From the NCBI RefSeq assembly GCF_009914755.1, contig NC_060926.1: a stretch of DNA of 64,000 nucleotides; one strand, given 5' to 3'. How positions within the stretch are numbered: the first letter of the stretch is position 1; every line of letters begins with the position of its first letter. Below are positions 34,564 to 50,008 of the stretch, piece after piece. This DNA is from the human T2T-CHM13v2.0 reference genome, Homo sapiens. The position numbers and the translations under genes are program-made. The notes under the pieces are model-generated. The model saw nothing but the letters and a program-made list of their open reading frames with translations, did not search any database and was not told the origin of the DNA.

Positions 34564-34689
34564 GTGAGTCTTAAGCTGGATATCTCTCATGTTTTAAAAG
34601 ATGGGTGTTTGAAGGAGCAACTCACAAGAGAGAAAAGGAAAACGAGAGACATTTTATCAATTATTTTTTCTTTAATGATTAAAGGCTAT

Positions 34690-35600
34690 CCATTTATCCC
34701 ACTCACAGTCTTTAAGCAATTAAATATTACTGTTGTTAAGCAAGGCAGGATGGTAATTGTATATTTTCATAGTATGCCTCTATCTTATTTTACTAATCCT
34801 TTCCCCTAATGATGGACATTGTTTCTAACTTCCATACTACAAATAATATTCTTGGAACATGTGCTTTTATGAATCTGTGTGAGTATCCCTGAGACATACA
34901 CCCAGCAGTCAATTGCTGGATCATATGAGATTCTGTACTTAATTTCCCCAATGTTGTTAGATTGCTTTCCAAAACTGCTGGACTAGTTTATATTCCCTCT
35001 AACAGTATCTATTGTTCACTCCAAGAGTATTCACTCCAACATATCAATTGTTTCTGTCATTTCCATCTCCTCTCCAACACTTGGTATTATCTAGTGTTCT
35101 AATGTTTGCCATTCTAATGAATAATGTAGAATCTCACTGATGTTTAATCTTTTAGTTTTTCTGTGGCTAATGGTGTTGAACTTTCCTTCATATACCTGTT
35201 AGACAATTGGGCTTTACCTGTTCCTTTATTTATTTTTCTATTAGTGATTGCATTGTTTTCCTGTTGATTTGAAAGAGTTTTGTTTCTTTTTTTCCCGTGT
35301 TTGTGGGGTATATTCTGTATATTAATCTCCTTTCACTTTAGTTATTGTAGATACTTTCTTTAGTTTGTTCACATTTTCTAGGATATCCTTTATTGAATCA
35401 CAATCTTTCATTTCGATGAAGTTAAACCCATCTAATTGTGACACTGTGATTTGAGGATTTAGCTTCATATTCAAAATGTCTTTGTCTACTCATAGACTGC
35501 AATGACTTCCCACATTTTATTTTATTAGCTTTTTACCTCTTATATTTAAGTCTTTATCTGGAGTTTACTTCTGAAGATGATGTGAAGCATGCGTCTAAAC
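34690..35600 (-). mobile_element. Ancient L1M 3' region
   Basis: T-rich L1 antisense motifs (gatggacatt, aattgctggatcatatg, ccaacacttggtattat). Confidence 0.6.
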
Positions 35601-35690
35601 GGAAGGGAAGTAGAATTATTTAGAATTTAAATATAATCAAAGCATGTGACTTGTAAACACCCAAAGATTTTAATTGCTGGAAATAATATT

Positions 35691-35776
35691 TCCCTCCCTC
35701 CCTCCCTCCTCCCCCCTCCCCCCTTCCCCCCTCCCTTCCCTCCCTCCCTGCTTTCCTTCTCTTTCTTCCTTCCTTT
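35691..35776 (+). repeat. C/T-rich low-complexity tract
   Basis: (TCCC)n-like polypyrimidine run of about 85 nt. Confidence 0.9.
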
Positions 35777-35849
35777 TTGTCAGAGAACCAACCCAGAGAA
35801 TCCCTCCTTGGTTCTGATACAAAAGAAAAGTATTTAACATTTATTGTTT

Positions 35850-36485
<636 letters not shown>

Positions 36486-39099
36486 TACCTATGCTTTCAC
36501 CTGTGGCTATGGTGGCTGAACACATTTGTGGCTAACACAAATTTGACAGTTATAATTTTTTATGGATCATTCTACTTTTGATAAATTTAGGATGATTTTT
36601 TAAAAAAATGTAATGTTCCTTCTTTTAATCACTGTAGCTGTCTTGTGTGAACTTTCAGGAAATAATCATTGTATTATTGCCTCTAAAACTGAATACTTCT
36701 GGAAATCTGGGATGATTGATAACAGAGAAAACAACTATATTCTGAGGGCATTTTAGTTCCATTCTCAGACTTTAATTTCAAAATGTTATAATGTATATTA
36801 GGGTGAAAACTATGTTAGTTACAAAGAGGCCTCAAAACATAATCTCCAAAATACATAGAAATGTATTTTTCTTAGTTCAGATTAGATTTGCTCCATGTGG
36901 CCATTCAGGATCACAGATTCCTTCCATCTCTGTTCCCACCTCCCTCAGAGTGTGATGCTCTCATCAAGTCCATGCTGGTCATAGGTGTGTCGGTATTGCA
37001 GCTTGTGAGAAGGTCAGGCACACCCAGAGAAGTGCACAGACCAGGAAGTGGGATTTGTCACTTCCCTCGTGTTCTACTGGTGAGGATTTAGTCACTTGGC
37101 CACCTCTAGCTGCCCAGGAGGCTGTGAAATGAAGTTCTCTGCTGAACAGCTATGTGTTCAGCTACAATGAAAGAAGGGGAAGACTGACTTTGGTGGACAG
37201 TTAATGTCCTCCAATACATGATGGCAGTTTTAGTAACTGATAGCCCCTGTCTGCCAGCAAAGGCGCAGCATGCTATAGTGTCTGTGGTGTTCCTTTTGCC
37301 TCTAACCTCCTAGCAACCATGCCTTCTCTGTTTCTTCCTACCTATTCCCTTGATCCTTGTTAGCTGGTGGGTCTTTGGGGTAAAAGAGAGATCTTGAGAC
37401 TCCATATCCTATATTTTTTCTAGAAACTCCCCACCTGCTTTCAAACACACATATACGCACACAGACAGACACACACATACAAAATCAAGCAAATGGTTTT
37501 TACTTTTTTCACTTTTCTCCTAAGTACCACTTGTCTCTTTTTTTGTTGTTGACATTACCTTATTTTCTTTTTAGCTCAAAGAAGTGTAAAGCAAGAGCAT
37601 CTAAGCTTGAGTCTAATATCACCACACTGCTGGTTTAACACCCAGCTGGGACTGTGTACTACTGAAGCAATTTTCTGTTTCGTTCATAGTACAGAATTCA
37701 TGGATTGACAGGAGCAATTGCCAGTGGAGGAAACAAGAACATAAACAGATGTACACCAAGCGCACTATGGAACACTTTTAATTTCCTGGAGACAGTATTT
37801 CTTATGGCACTGGCAGCCTTTCCTCCCTGCCTTGTCAGGATCTTATTAATGTGCTGACAGATTCCTTTCTCTCAATGTACCTGCTGGGTGAGAGCTGCTA
37901 TTATATGGAACACAGGTGTGCTGGGGTTTCCTTGGGAGATTAAAAAAGATTGTGAGTCCAGAAAGTTGGTAAAAGATGTACAAACATTTAAGCTTTTTCC
38001 TTTCTCCACCTAACACTTGTGATGGGCTCTTTATCAAGCAGTGTTAGTATGTGTCTTTAACGAGAAAAAAGAAAAGGAGACTTCCCCCTTTGCTGTTGAA
38101 AATATGTGTCTATATTGCATTGTTAAATTTATGCAGGTCCCCATTTCTCTATATGATTGAATTTCATAATGATGGGAAGGATGGAAAGTATCCCCTTCTG
38201 GAGGGGTCTTCTCAGGACGCTGAATTGTTAATCAAGTGGATTGTTTTTGCTTCCATCCCATCCAACCACACAAAACTCAGCCATGGAAAGATGATATATT
38301 ACCAAAGCCCTGCATTGTCCCATTCTGATGTGTTCTTTTGGCATATCTGATAGTTGTACACCCTGGCAGGGGAGAGTAGCCAACAGAGAGATACTCAGGC
38401 CTTTGCAGTCCTTCTTTTAAGATTTGGAATTGCCACACAGCAGGTGCTCTTCAGTCATTTGAAAGAGAAAACTTAACATTTTCCTACTTGCCTAGTAGCC
38501 ACGTTATTTGTGCTTCATTTTTCCTTTCTATTTGCCTTGAGGGCAGGTGTATAGGTGAGTAACTGTAAGTAGAATGTAGTTCATAAGAAGTGGAGAAGCT
38601 GCTACTTCAGGGCAATAGGAATTTAGCAGTGGAATTTATAGACCTAGAAGGACACTTCAAGAATCCAGCTGGTTCATCCTGTGATTGCCTTGTGGGATCA
38701 TCTTGAACTGACCATGCTACTGGTCAGCCAGTGGCTATGGCAACAGCCAGGGCTGCAGCTGCAGAGAGGAGCTGGCTTCTTTAACTGGCTTCTTATACAT
38801 CATCACAACACCTGGGCTGAGCCTCAAAGCCTGGGCCCAGGACTGTTTTTGGAACTAGCTGAGAAAGGGAGGATGAAATTCTCAGGACTAATTTCCTGCC
38901 TCCTGAGGGACAGGACTTGGCATTCAAGGAGTTATATAAAACTTTTTTCCCTGGGTAACTCCAAGTTCGGAAGCAGCAATTCTCATACATTGTATCAGGA
39001 GCTTGTTTAAAACACAGATTCCCAGACCTCAGGAGGTTTGGGTTGAATCTGCATTTTAAAAATCTTCATATGAAACTCTTGTAGACTACGTTGAATCCC

Positions 39100-39388
39100 T
39101 TTTTTTTTTTTTCTTTTGAGATGGAGTCTCGCTCTGTCTCCCAGGCTGGAGTGCAATGGTGCGATCTCGGCTCACTCAGCTCACTCTCGGGTTCCAGCAA
39201 TTCTCCCACCGCAGCCCCCTGAGTAGCTGGGATTACAGACCCGTGCCACCACGCCTGGCTAATTTTTTGTATTTTTAGTAGACACAGGGTTTCACCATGT
39301 ACCCCAGGCTGATCCGCCTGGCCAAGTGATCCGCCCGCCTCAGCTTCCCAAAGTACTGGAATTACAGATGTGAGCCACTGCTCCCACC
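39100..39388 (-). mobile_element. AluS with small internal rearrangements
   Basis: Alu reverse complement; TSD tgaatc. Confidence 0.9.
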
Positions 39389-39450
39389 TGAATCTTAATC
39401 TTAATGTGATTCTTTTGCAGACTATAGACTAGAGTTTGACATATGCTGGT

Positions 39451-39489
<39 letters not shown>
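39451..39489 (+). repeat. (GA)n microsatellite
   Basis: Direct reading. Confidence 0.95.
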
Positions 39490-40699
39490 CACAATTCTGA
39501 ATATAAAAGCCATGGTTCTAAAGGTTAACAGACTGAAATTCCTTGAGTTATCGTGCCCATCAATTTACATTTGTTATATCATAGTCCCTAAAGTATTTCC
39601 TAATATTTAAAAAGAAAAAAGAAATATCTTTTCACTGCAGCCTAACCCAATGTGTACTTATAGGTGGTTATTTCACTTAGATACTTTCAGAGAAAGAGCA
39701 TTCATAACTTCTTTTGGCAGTCAATTAGGGTTCTTAATGCCCTCATGTTTTTTCCTTAGATCTAGACTAAATATTGATCAACCAGAAACTTAAACATATT
39801 TTGCGCAGAATAAAGAACAACTAGTCAAGATAAGTCTTTTTAAGTTATAAAAGTTTAATTTGATCTTCTTCAGGCGGAATAATTCAATTTTATACCCTTT
39901 CATCTTGGGGCCTAAGTACTTTAATAAAGATCTATACCTTTAAGCCAGGGGTAAGCAAAGTAACGCTGAGGGTACCAGGAGGCATGCTGTCGCTCTGTGT
40001 GTAAAGACATAAACCTTCCAGAGCAATTAGTGGTGTTGGTAGGAACACATAAAGGCCAAGAAGGGGAGGTTAATCCACATCCCCTTCCTAATAACAGCAT
40101 CTACTGTTTTCAAGACTTTACTGTAGGATAGGTACTTTACTCGAACTATTTCCTTTCATCTTTGGAAAGTAGTCTCATGAGTAATACTACTACTCATCCC
40201 TCTTACATGTGAGGAAACAGAGACTTACATAGTTATCTCACTGTTCCAAGGTCACCATCACGTGAGTGGTGACCCCAGACCTTCTGACTTGAGAGCCAAT
40301 ATGCTTAACCATCTACTGTCCTCCTCCTTCTGCCCAGGTAGCTCCAGCCACCAGCATTTCCTCCCCCTTTTCTCCCTGCTGGACATCAGGGCTCTTATAT
40401 GCTGCCTTGACTATATGGGTCCTCTCGTAACTCCCACTCTCCATTATAAATTCCTAATTTACTCTCTCTGCACCAAGTCTGTATTTCCCTCACTCTGAAT
40501 ATTTAGGAACACAGTTCAAATAAACTGGCATAGCTATATATGTTGCCAGACAAACCTTTTACATCTGTCTGCAAAAATCACATTATACCTGTTTCCATGT
40601 ATCTTGTTTATTCACAAGGTTGGCCTTACCTGGATATGTCAGGATTGGGCCTCTAAAATGTCCCTGAATTATATTTTCTGATTTATTTGTTGGTTCTTT

Positions 40700-41230
40700 T
40701 GCTCATTCATTGATCCATTTACTTATTCTTCAGATGGGTGTTGCAAAGTGTCTATGGAGTGCATATTGTATTCTAGGTTTGAGGAGTGGCTTCTGAACTG
40801 AAATATCTCACAAATAAGAAACTGAATAAGCAAACAAATGACTACAATGTGCATAAATGTTATGTCTTAAGATACTAAGGAAACCATGAGAACTCATGGT
40901 GGGAGAGTCACCTTACCTGACCTGAGGCAGTCAGGGAGGTTTCATAGAAGGTGACATCTGAGTTGAGTTTGGAAGGAAGCATAGCGATGAGCCAAGTGAA
41001 GGTGATCCAGGGGAACATCCCAGATGGAAGGGTCAACCTGTGCAAAGATGAGTCAGGCAAAGTCACAGCACTTTCACATAAATGCCAGGAGCCCAGCTGG
41101 AGCACAGAGAGGGGTCAAGGCCCAGAAAGAAAAGAGGTTGCAGAGAGACAGTGGTCTTGGAACTTCTTATAAGACATGACAAGGAGCTTACACTTTATCC
41201 TAAAGACAATAGAGAGCCATGGAATGATTT
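40700..41230 (-). mobile_element. L2 LINE fragment
   Basis: gtcagggaggtttcatagaaggtgacatctgagttgag...gagccatggaatgatttt. Confidence 0.6.
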
Positions 41231-41718
41231 TGAAACTGGCCAATTGTCCCATAGAACTGATGTTTATGATTTCTTTTGAATAAACATAGAAATTGACCCT
41301 CCTGGTTTTAAAACTTGAGACATTTACATTTGTCTTATCTGAGTTCCTTTCTCAGGAAACCAACCATCAGGCCTCCCAGATAGTATCGAGGGACTGTAAC
41401 TTACCAGATCACCACATCTGGACGATGAGATGCCAGAACCACCTATCATGACTACCTAACTGACTACCTGCTTTCTGTTGACTAACTGCTCTTCCTTACC
41501 CCTCCCTAAATTCTGTATTCTCATATATGATTGCATTTCTTTCCTGCTATAAACCCCCCTAATTTTAGTAGGTGTAGGAGATAGACTTCAGACTGATTTC
41601 CCATCTCTTTGGCACCTGATTGAAGCCTTCTTCCCTGGAAAAACTGATTGTCTCAGTGATTGGTTTTCTGTGTGGCATGCAGCAGAATCTAGACTGCATC
41701 CCTAGTGTTTCAGTAACA
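41231..41718 (+). mobile_element. ERV1 solo LTR (LTR26-like)
   Basis: tgaaactggccaattgtcccatagaactgatgttt ... gtttcagtaaca, TG/CA ends, TATA-like ctataaa. Confidence 0.75.
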
Positions 41719-41737
41719 GTTTTTAAAAATAGATCTT

Positions 41738-42056
41738 GGCCGGGCATGGTGGCTCACGCCTGTAATCCCAGCACTTTGGGAGGCTGAGGTGGGCAGATCA
41801 TGAGGTCAGGAGATCGAGACCATCCTGGCTAACATGGTGAAACCCCGTCTCTACTAAAAATACAAAAAAAAATTAGCCGGGCATGGTGGCAGGCACCTGT
41901 AGTCCCAACTACTCGGGAGGCTGAGGCAGGAGAATGGTGTGAACCCGGGAGGCGTGAGCTTGCAGTGAGCCAAGATGGTGCCACGGCACTCCAGCCTGGG
42001 TGACAGAGCAAGACTACATCTCAAAAAAAAAAAAAATAAAAATAAAAATAAAAATA
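41738..42056 (+). mobile_element. AluY
   Basis: gagatcgagaccatcctggctaac; TSD aaaatagatctt. Confidence 0.92.
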
Positions 42057-42069
42057 AAAATAGATCTTA

Positions 42070-42906
42070 TGAGACATAATGGACATAAGTAAACGGTATC
42101 TAAAGTATACCATTTCATAAGTTTTGACTTAGGTATATACCCATAAATCATCACCAAAATTGAGATAATGATCATTATTTCTCACCCCCAGATTCCCTCA
42201 TACCATTTATAATTCCTCCTTCCTGTTTTCCACTGACAATCTCTGTTTCCTAGCCATGGACAATCACTGATCTGCTGTCTGAAAATATATAATTTCTGCA
42301 TTTTCTAGAATTTTGAATAAGTAGAATTTTATAGTATGTAATTCTGATTTTTTTCACTCAGTATAATTATTTTTAGATTTATCTATATTGCAGGTATTAA
42401 TAGTCAATTTCTTTCTATTTGTCAGTTTTATTCCATTGTATGAATTTGCTTCTCAAGATGTATTTCTCCATTCATCTGTTGATGAATGGTTGAATTCTAT
42501 CCAGCCATTGGCTATTACAAATAAAGCTACAAGTAACATGTTCATACTTTGTATGGATACAGTCTTTCATTTCTCTTGTGTAGATATCTAGGAGTATAAT
42601 GGCTGGGTAGTATGTTAAATGTACTTTAAGAAACTAATAAATTGTTTCCCAAAATGATTGTACCATTTCACATTCCCACCAGCAGTTTATGAGATTTCTA
42701 GTTCCTCCACGTACTTACTTGTCAATACTTGGTATATTCTGCCCTTCTAATTTTAGCATTCTGGTGGATTTGTAGTAGTATCACATTGTGATTTTAACTT
42801 TCATGTCCCTAATTACTAATGCTGTTACATTTTTTAATGCTTATTTGCCAGCCAAATATATATATATGTATATATATGTGTATATAGATACATATATATA
42901 TACACA

Positions 42907-42952
<46 letters not shown>

Positions 42953-43170
42953 GTATATATATATATGGTAATGTGTTTGTTCAAATCTTTAGTCCCTTCC
43001 CCCATTCCCAGCTTTTAAATTGGGATGTTTATTTACTTAATATTATTCATAATAGCTTTGAGAGATCTTTATATATAAGTCATTTATGAGATATATGTAA
43101 AAACATTTGTTGATGTTTTCTCTTTGGCTTCAGCTTGTCTTTTCATTCTCTTAAATGTCTTTGAAGAGCA
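42070..43170 (-). mobile_element. Old L1M 3' end containing a compound (TA)n(CA)n repeat at ~42857-42966
   Basis: ttggctattacaaataaagct, gattgtaccatttcacattcccaccagcag. Confidence 0.75.
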
Positions 43171-43304
43171 TCTAATGACTGGTCACTCACAGAAGTACAC
43201 GTGCCCAACACCCTTGCTTCAATCTAGGACCATCTTATGTCCTTATATCATCTTATCATCTTACGTTTTATATCCAGAGCTGCCCATAGGATGGGCTGAA
43301 GCCT

Positions 43305-43598
<294 letters not shown>

Positions 43599-46554
43599 TA
43601 GCTCTTTTCAAATGCATTGTAGGTCAACTTCTCCTTTGCTCAATCTGCCTTCCTCACACTCTGGCTTTTCACAGCTCTTATTCCAGAGGGCACTCCACCA
43701 TAACCTCTTACATGCCAATTTCTACCTTGAGTTTGTTTCCAGGAACCAAGCCTAAAAACAGGACCCATGCCTTTTATTTATTTATTTATTTATTTATTTT
43801 TTGCTTGCTTTGAATTCTTACTCTGTAAATGAATTGTGCTGTCTACACACACAAAAATATACATTGAAGCATGTCTTTGTTTATTCCTAGTTACATTTTT
43901 TGGAAATGAAGTATAACTCAAGAATATTCTTAACCTACATTCTCATTTCCTTAAATAAGCTATTCTTAACTTTCTCAGAAGGACCTACTGAACAACATGT
44001 CACTCTTTTGTCTTTTCGTGTGGCTTCAGCCGGAGTGCTCACCCCACCCTGCTTCTTCCCTGTTGGCTTACTGTCACTTCTCTCTGCCCTCTGACCTCAG
44101 CCATTTAGATATTCAGTTGGAGGACTTGCTCTCTGTTGTCTTACATCTAGCTAGTACAAATGATAGATGGACCTTGATATACAACAGATTCAATATGAGC
44201 CACCTGAGGTTTGTGGCAGCTCCATAATTTGTAAAAGAAGTGGCTTAGGTGGCTGTCTTGTGGGTTGGAACACACAGTGGGCTTGTCTAAGCCTGCATTT
44301 GCAAAACACTTTACATAAAATAGAAAAGCATCAGTTGTGCATATTAAGGAATGAGGGGTGAGGACTTTGGTGGAAATTACACAGATCTTCCTCCAAGCCA
44401 TGACTTGACATTGGTATTCTTCCGATGACTTGATGTCCTTATGTTTAAGATTATTTTAGGAGTTGTTTAGAACATTGTGATGCTTTTTTTTTTTTAAGCG
44501 AAATCTGATTTCTTATTTTTTAGAATTCTTTTCCCCACAGTTTGGCTTTTCTCATTCAAGTGTTCGGATAGTAAATTTACCTTTGCACATGTTTGTGCTC
44601 CCAGCTGTACATATCAATTCGTAAAAAGCCAAATGGAGAACAGTTTAGCATCAGTGAAATGTCAGGAAAATGCCCAGAAGGCACCAACACAATACTAGAG
44701 TTTCAAATTTTGAGAATGGAATTAGGCCACAAAATCAGTTTTCTTGCCTGTGTCATGGACCATGGGGATGTGTCCTAGTTCTTTTAAAAAAAGGGCATCT
44801 AAACCTCTCTCAGTACAACTTACAGGTCTGTGCTGGGGACCTGTGAGAAACCTCTGGATTTGAGACTAATTGAATCTGCGTTGAAATGGCCTTTTCCTTT
44901 CTTTATTAAAAAACTGATTTGCTCTACCACCTTTTTCTTTGGCTTGCTTGCATTATCCTTTTTTTTTTAAACTGCAGAAATCATATATTCTTCAAGGTTA
45001 GAAGAAAAAAAAAGAAGAGAAAAAATCAGAACCGAATCATACTTTTTGTTAGATCATGTGTATAATATTCCCTTTTGTGGTGGTGGAAAGAACTCACCTC
45101 CTCTGGTTTAGAGGGAAGAAGAGTCAGTTGTCAATGCAAAGTTCTATTACAACATCTCCAAAGCCATAGTTTTTATTTGAAAAGCAAGGAAGTGTGACAA
45201 CATATGACTGGGCCTGTGATTATCATTCAGACCCATACAGTGAAAACTCTGCCTGAATTTGTTCATGACCACATTTCTTTTCCAGGTTTGACAGATTGTA
45301 GTTTTCCAACTGTCTCCTTATTAACATGCTGCCTGTTTCCTCTATCTACTTTTGCTGCACCTGCTGTGATAGTGATTGTTTTGTGTATATAGGTACCATT
45401 GCCTTCAGAGATTAAGGGCGCACATTGTGAGCAGAAATAAACCAATGGATTTATCAGTGACTGTACAAATTCCCCCTATCTTTTGGACAATAACTGAAAG
45501 ATCTCTCTTGGGAAAGTAATGTTTTTCTTTGGGAATTGTGGGTTAAAAAACTATGTTTACAGCTATGCCTATCTCCTCTTCCTCATTCCTTCATTCCTTC
45601 TACTTTTTGATTTATAATTGTATTTCATAGCCAGAAAAATGCTAAAGAGGTTAATTTTTTATATTATAAAGTAAAAAAAAAATCCTAAGTAAGTTTACTG
45701 AGATTTTTCTAGCAAAACTAGAAGTCTTAGTGGGCTTCAGATTCATACTCATGAATATTCTTTTAATTCTTACTTTTATACAAATCTTGGAAATTAGAGG
45801 TACAATAGATTATTAAGAATTATGAAAATTTATTCATTGGAGAGCTTAGCAAGAAAATTGCTTATGTTAACATTTGAAAAACTATTTGGTCTGCCTGCAC
45901 TGCAAACTTATAGATGATGGGAAAGCTTATCTTTAAGGCCTGGATCAGTGCAAACAGCCCTGAAAAAGGAAATCTCGAGTTTAATTTACCTTTCAGAACT
46001 AAAGAATATATATTGCAGAATTTAAAGAGAAAAGGATCTTCTCTCCTATCTCCTAATGGATACTCTTTGTACCTAGGGTCAGTCTGACTTGGTGGGTGAG
46101 GTATTTAACTGCTGCTGACCTTGCTTTGAATTTCTGGCTACAGAGCATTTCAGAGGACAGAGCAAATCTTCTGTTGGGTGTCACATAGGTAGATGCATGC
46201 TGGTGCTGGTTCATTCACTGGCACATCCCAGGAATGAATATTTTCTTCCTTGCACATTGACCTTACTCTAATAGACTGACCCAGAAACAGAGCTGGTCTA
46301 GTTTTATATGTAAGTAGGAAGGAAAGTTTTCTTCCCTGGCACATACACCTGCTAGCACTCTGACACTTCTAATTTGGAGGTCACAGGAGCAAGTAAATAA
46401 ATACTATTTAAGGAGCATTAAAAGAAGAAAATTTGGTTTAAACCAAAAAAATCATAAAGTGGGGAGGCAGAGCTACAAACAAGCTGTGGGACTTCAATCA
46501 TACTTGCTTTCTTCCATACTATTATAAGAATAAAATAAAAAAGGAAGGAAGGGA

Positions 46555-46927
<373 letters not shown>

Positions 46928-48110
46928 TCAGTTGGAGAGTGATTCAACTACTCTCAGCTTTCTCTGTAACCACTCAGGAATACAATTTAGAAAAACGTTC
47001 TTGTAGAGCTAGAGCCTATTGCTAATAGTAATATTCTGGAAAATTATGGGGAGATATATATGCTTATAGGCTTACCTCTGACCTACAAATTGTCTCTAAT
47101 AGAGACTGTAATTGTGCACAATCCCTTTTTTCCTCTTCTGCAAGCCATGGGAAGATTTTCTATGTAGGCTTATGTGACCTTCCTAGGTTGTCTGAAATAA
47201 TCTTGCATCTAGTACATGAATATTACTTAATAAATCCATAAGTATATACCAAGTGATTTGGCTGCAGAATCAAAATTTTTAAAATGATCCATATTAACTA
47301 CATCTGAATTTATCCTTGAGCTCCTCTTCTCGTTGTAAAGTGCATTGCACCTATAAAGAGAGGAGTGCAGAATACTTGTAGAAGTTTGTGGGGGGACAGT
47401 GAAGGACATTTATTGGTCTAGTTAATGGTAATAGGATATATCCAAAGTGGAAATAAAAGAGAGGCTCTCTTAATTCAATGGTGAGCCAGGGCTATAAGTA
47501 ACAAAAGGTGGATTTCTTGGGAAATGAATCAATTCATTTTTTGTACCATCAAACTGGGATCTAAAATATGAGCCCCATGATACACATGTACACAATGAAA
47601 CTGTTGGTCTGTTATTGTAATTCTTGAAAATCTCAGTTTATAGTTTTTGTGTGTAAGATAATATTATCCACAGAATCCTAGGTTGGGAGTCTAGTTCTGT
47701 TTCTGCTTCAGAAGACTCTTGTCTCAGAGAAGACCCTTGAAACTCTGTGGTCCCTAGGATCCCTCATCTGTAAGATATAGAATGTTCTAGGGGCAAAGTT
47801 GGAAAATCCCCTTGAGGACTATGATGTTCCAGACTAGGACACTTTATAATGCTTCCAGGATGCTAATTTCTGGAGGCAATTAGTAGGTTTGTAAACAAAT
47901 TCTTTTGAAGTGAAGGTTTGAATTGTGTATTGGCAGGAATTATTTGGATAATTGACTTGAATGAGTTTAATTGGCTATAAGAGTTTCATTTTTGTTTTGT
48001 TTCTTAGGATGATGTAATTACTGCCTGTGTTGAGTTCCTGCAGGAATGATTTAACTGTTGGATATTTTGAAATGTTCTGGTTGTAAAAGCATGTATTTGG
48101 TATCTGTGTG

Positions 48111-48407
48111 TTTTTTTTTTTTTTTTTTTTTTTTTGAGACGGAATCTTGTTCTGTTGCCAGGCTGGAATGGTGCGATCTTGGCTCACTGCAACCTCCACC
48201 TCCCGGTTCAAGTGATTCTCCTGTCTCAGCCTCCCAAGTAGCTGGGACTACAGGCGCGTGCCACCATGCCCAGCTAATTTTTTGTATTTTTAGTAGAGAT
48301 GGGGTTTCACTATGTTAGCCAGGATGGTCTCTATCTCCTGACCTCGCGATCCGCCTGCCTTGGACTCCCAAAGTGCTGGGATTAGAGGCATGAGCCACCG
48401 CACCTGG
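48111..48407 (-). mobile_element. AluS (Sc-like)
   Basis: Full-length Alu reverse complement with T-tail. Confidence 0.92.
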
Positions 48408-49501
48408 ACATGTTTGTTTTTTTCCTGGTGTTCTGAGTGTCCTGTGGCAATGGGAAGTTACCATCTCACCTCCACTGTTAAGGCACCAAGTTTCTACCTC
48501 TTGGCCCCTAAGAAATGTGGGATCACCTTGAACAGATCTGTCAGCCCTGGTGAGTTTCAGATACCTGTCTCCTAAGAGGAATCTTCTGCTAGGTTAGGGG
48601 AGGGGGTCCTATAACAGCTGGAACATAGGCCTTCCCTTCATTCTGTTAACCTGAGGAATAGTCATATCATTCTGCTCTCTCAGTTCTTGTTTCTTAACTT
48701 AGCAGGGAATTCAGTGGAGATTTAAGGGTGGTAGCAATAAAGCTTGTGAGAGTGCTTATGAGCCACTGACAGCAACCAACACTATTGTAAGGGAGTTGCT
48801 AGATAACCAGGAACCTGGTGGCTGGGCAGAAGCCGACAAAGTTGACTGCTATGAATTTAGATTGTGGCCTACCAATATATGAATAGACAAGAGTTAGACT
48901 TCACTATCCCTCCAGAATTCTTTTTCTGTGCAATACCATGTTATCATTATATAACATTCATCATTTGGAAATCTCAAAATAAGTTATAAGATATAGCAGC
49001 ATTTGATGGCTGGAAAACCTTTAGACATAGTTACATAGCTTAATGACCCAAAACTTTCTGCTTTATGTACATATGAAAGTAGAGGTTCCAAAATGTTAAG
49101 TTAATTGCTATCGTCCTCTAGCAAGTCTCTACAGAAGTCAGAAATAGGACAGCTACTGTGAATAGGTACTGGATAATTTTTCTTTTTTAAGAAATGCAAG
49201 TAAAAGCATTTACTACGTTTACTATCACTGAAGTTTGATCATCTGCAGAAAATAACTTTTAATGTGTTCTTTAGAATGAAGTATACATAGATAGTATCTG
49301 CCTTCTTTATTTCACCATGAAGCCTAGAGGGCAACTGGTAGCACAGAATTTAGAAGATACTTTTTTTTTTTTGCCTATCTTGCTTTTATTAATTTTAGAA
49401 TCTGTAAGTTCTTTGAGAAAGGTTACATACTCAGGATATGTAGTAAGAGTGCACAAAAATTGAATTATTAATAACTAAAATGAGAAAAGAAGTTTATATT
49501 G

Positions 49502-50008
49502 CAGGGGTTCTTAAAACTTTTTTGGTGTCTTGACTGCTTTGGCTATCTAGTGAAGCCTATTAACCCCTCTTGGAGTACTGTTTTAACAAACAATATAAAA
49601 TACAAAGGATTCAAAGAAAACATATCACATTGAAATACAGTTATACAATAACTTAAAACATTGTGATAGAGTAATGTGTATGCTTCTTATTTACACATTA
49701 TAAACAGAATATAGCGGCTGGGCTAATAATAATAAATTCAAAGTACTGACACATAGATTTTCAAGACGTCTGCAACAACTGCAATAATAAATAAAAGTAT
49801 CTATAAGTTCTATCTGTGATAAAGTCACAGGTTCTGCTAATAATACCGTGTTTTGGTGCCTGCATTTATATTTGAACAGAAAACTAAATTTCAGTTATAT
49901 ATTAGTGAAAATAAATGATGGAATTTTGCTTTTCAATTCAAGTTTATGGATCCTTTGAATTTTCTCCCTGGACTCCTCTCTGTGGGTTCAAAGTGAAGAA
50001 GTCTTCTG
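49502..50008. mobile_element. hAT-Charlie element (MER119-like)
   Basis: caggggttcttaaaac...gtgaagcctat...cattgaaatacagttat...gtgaagaagtcttctg. Confidence 0.65.
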
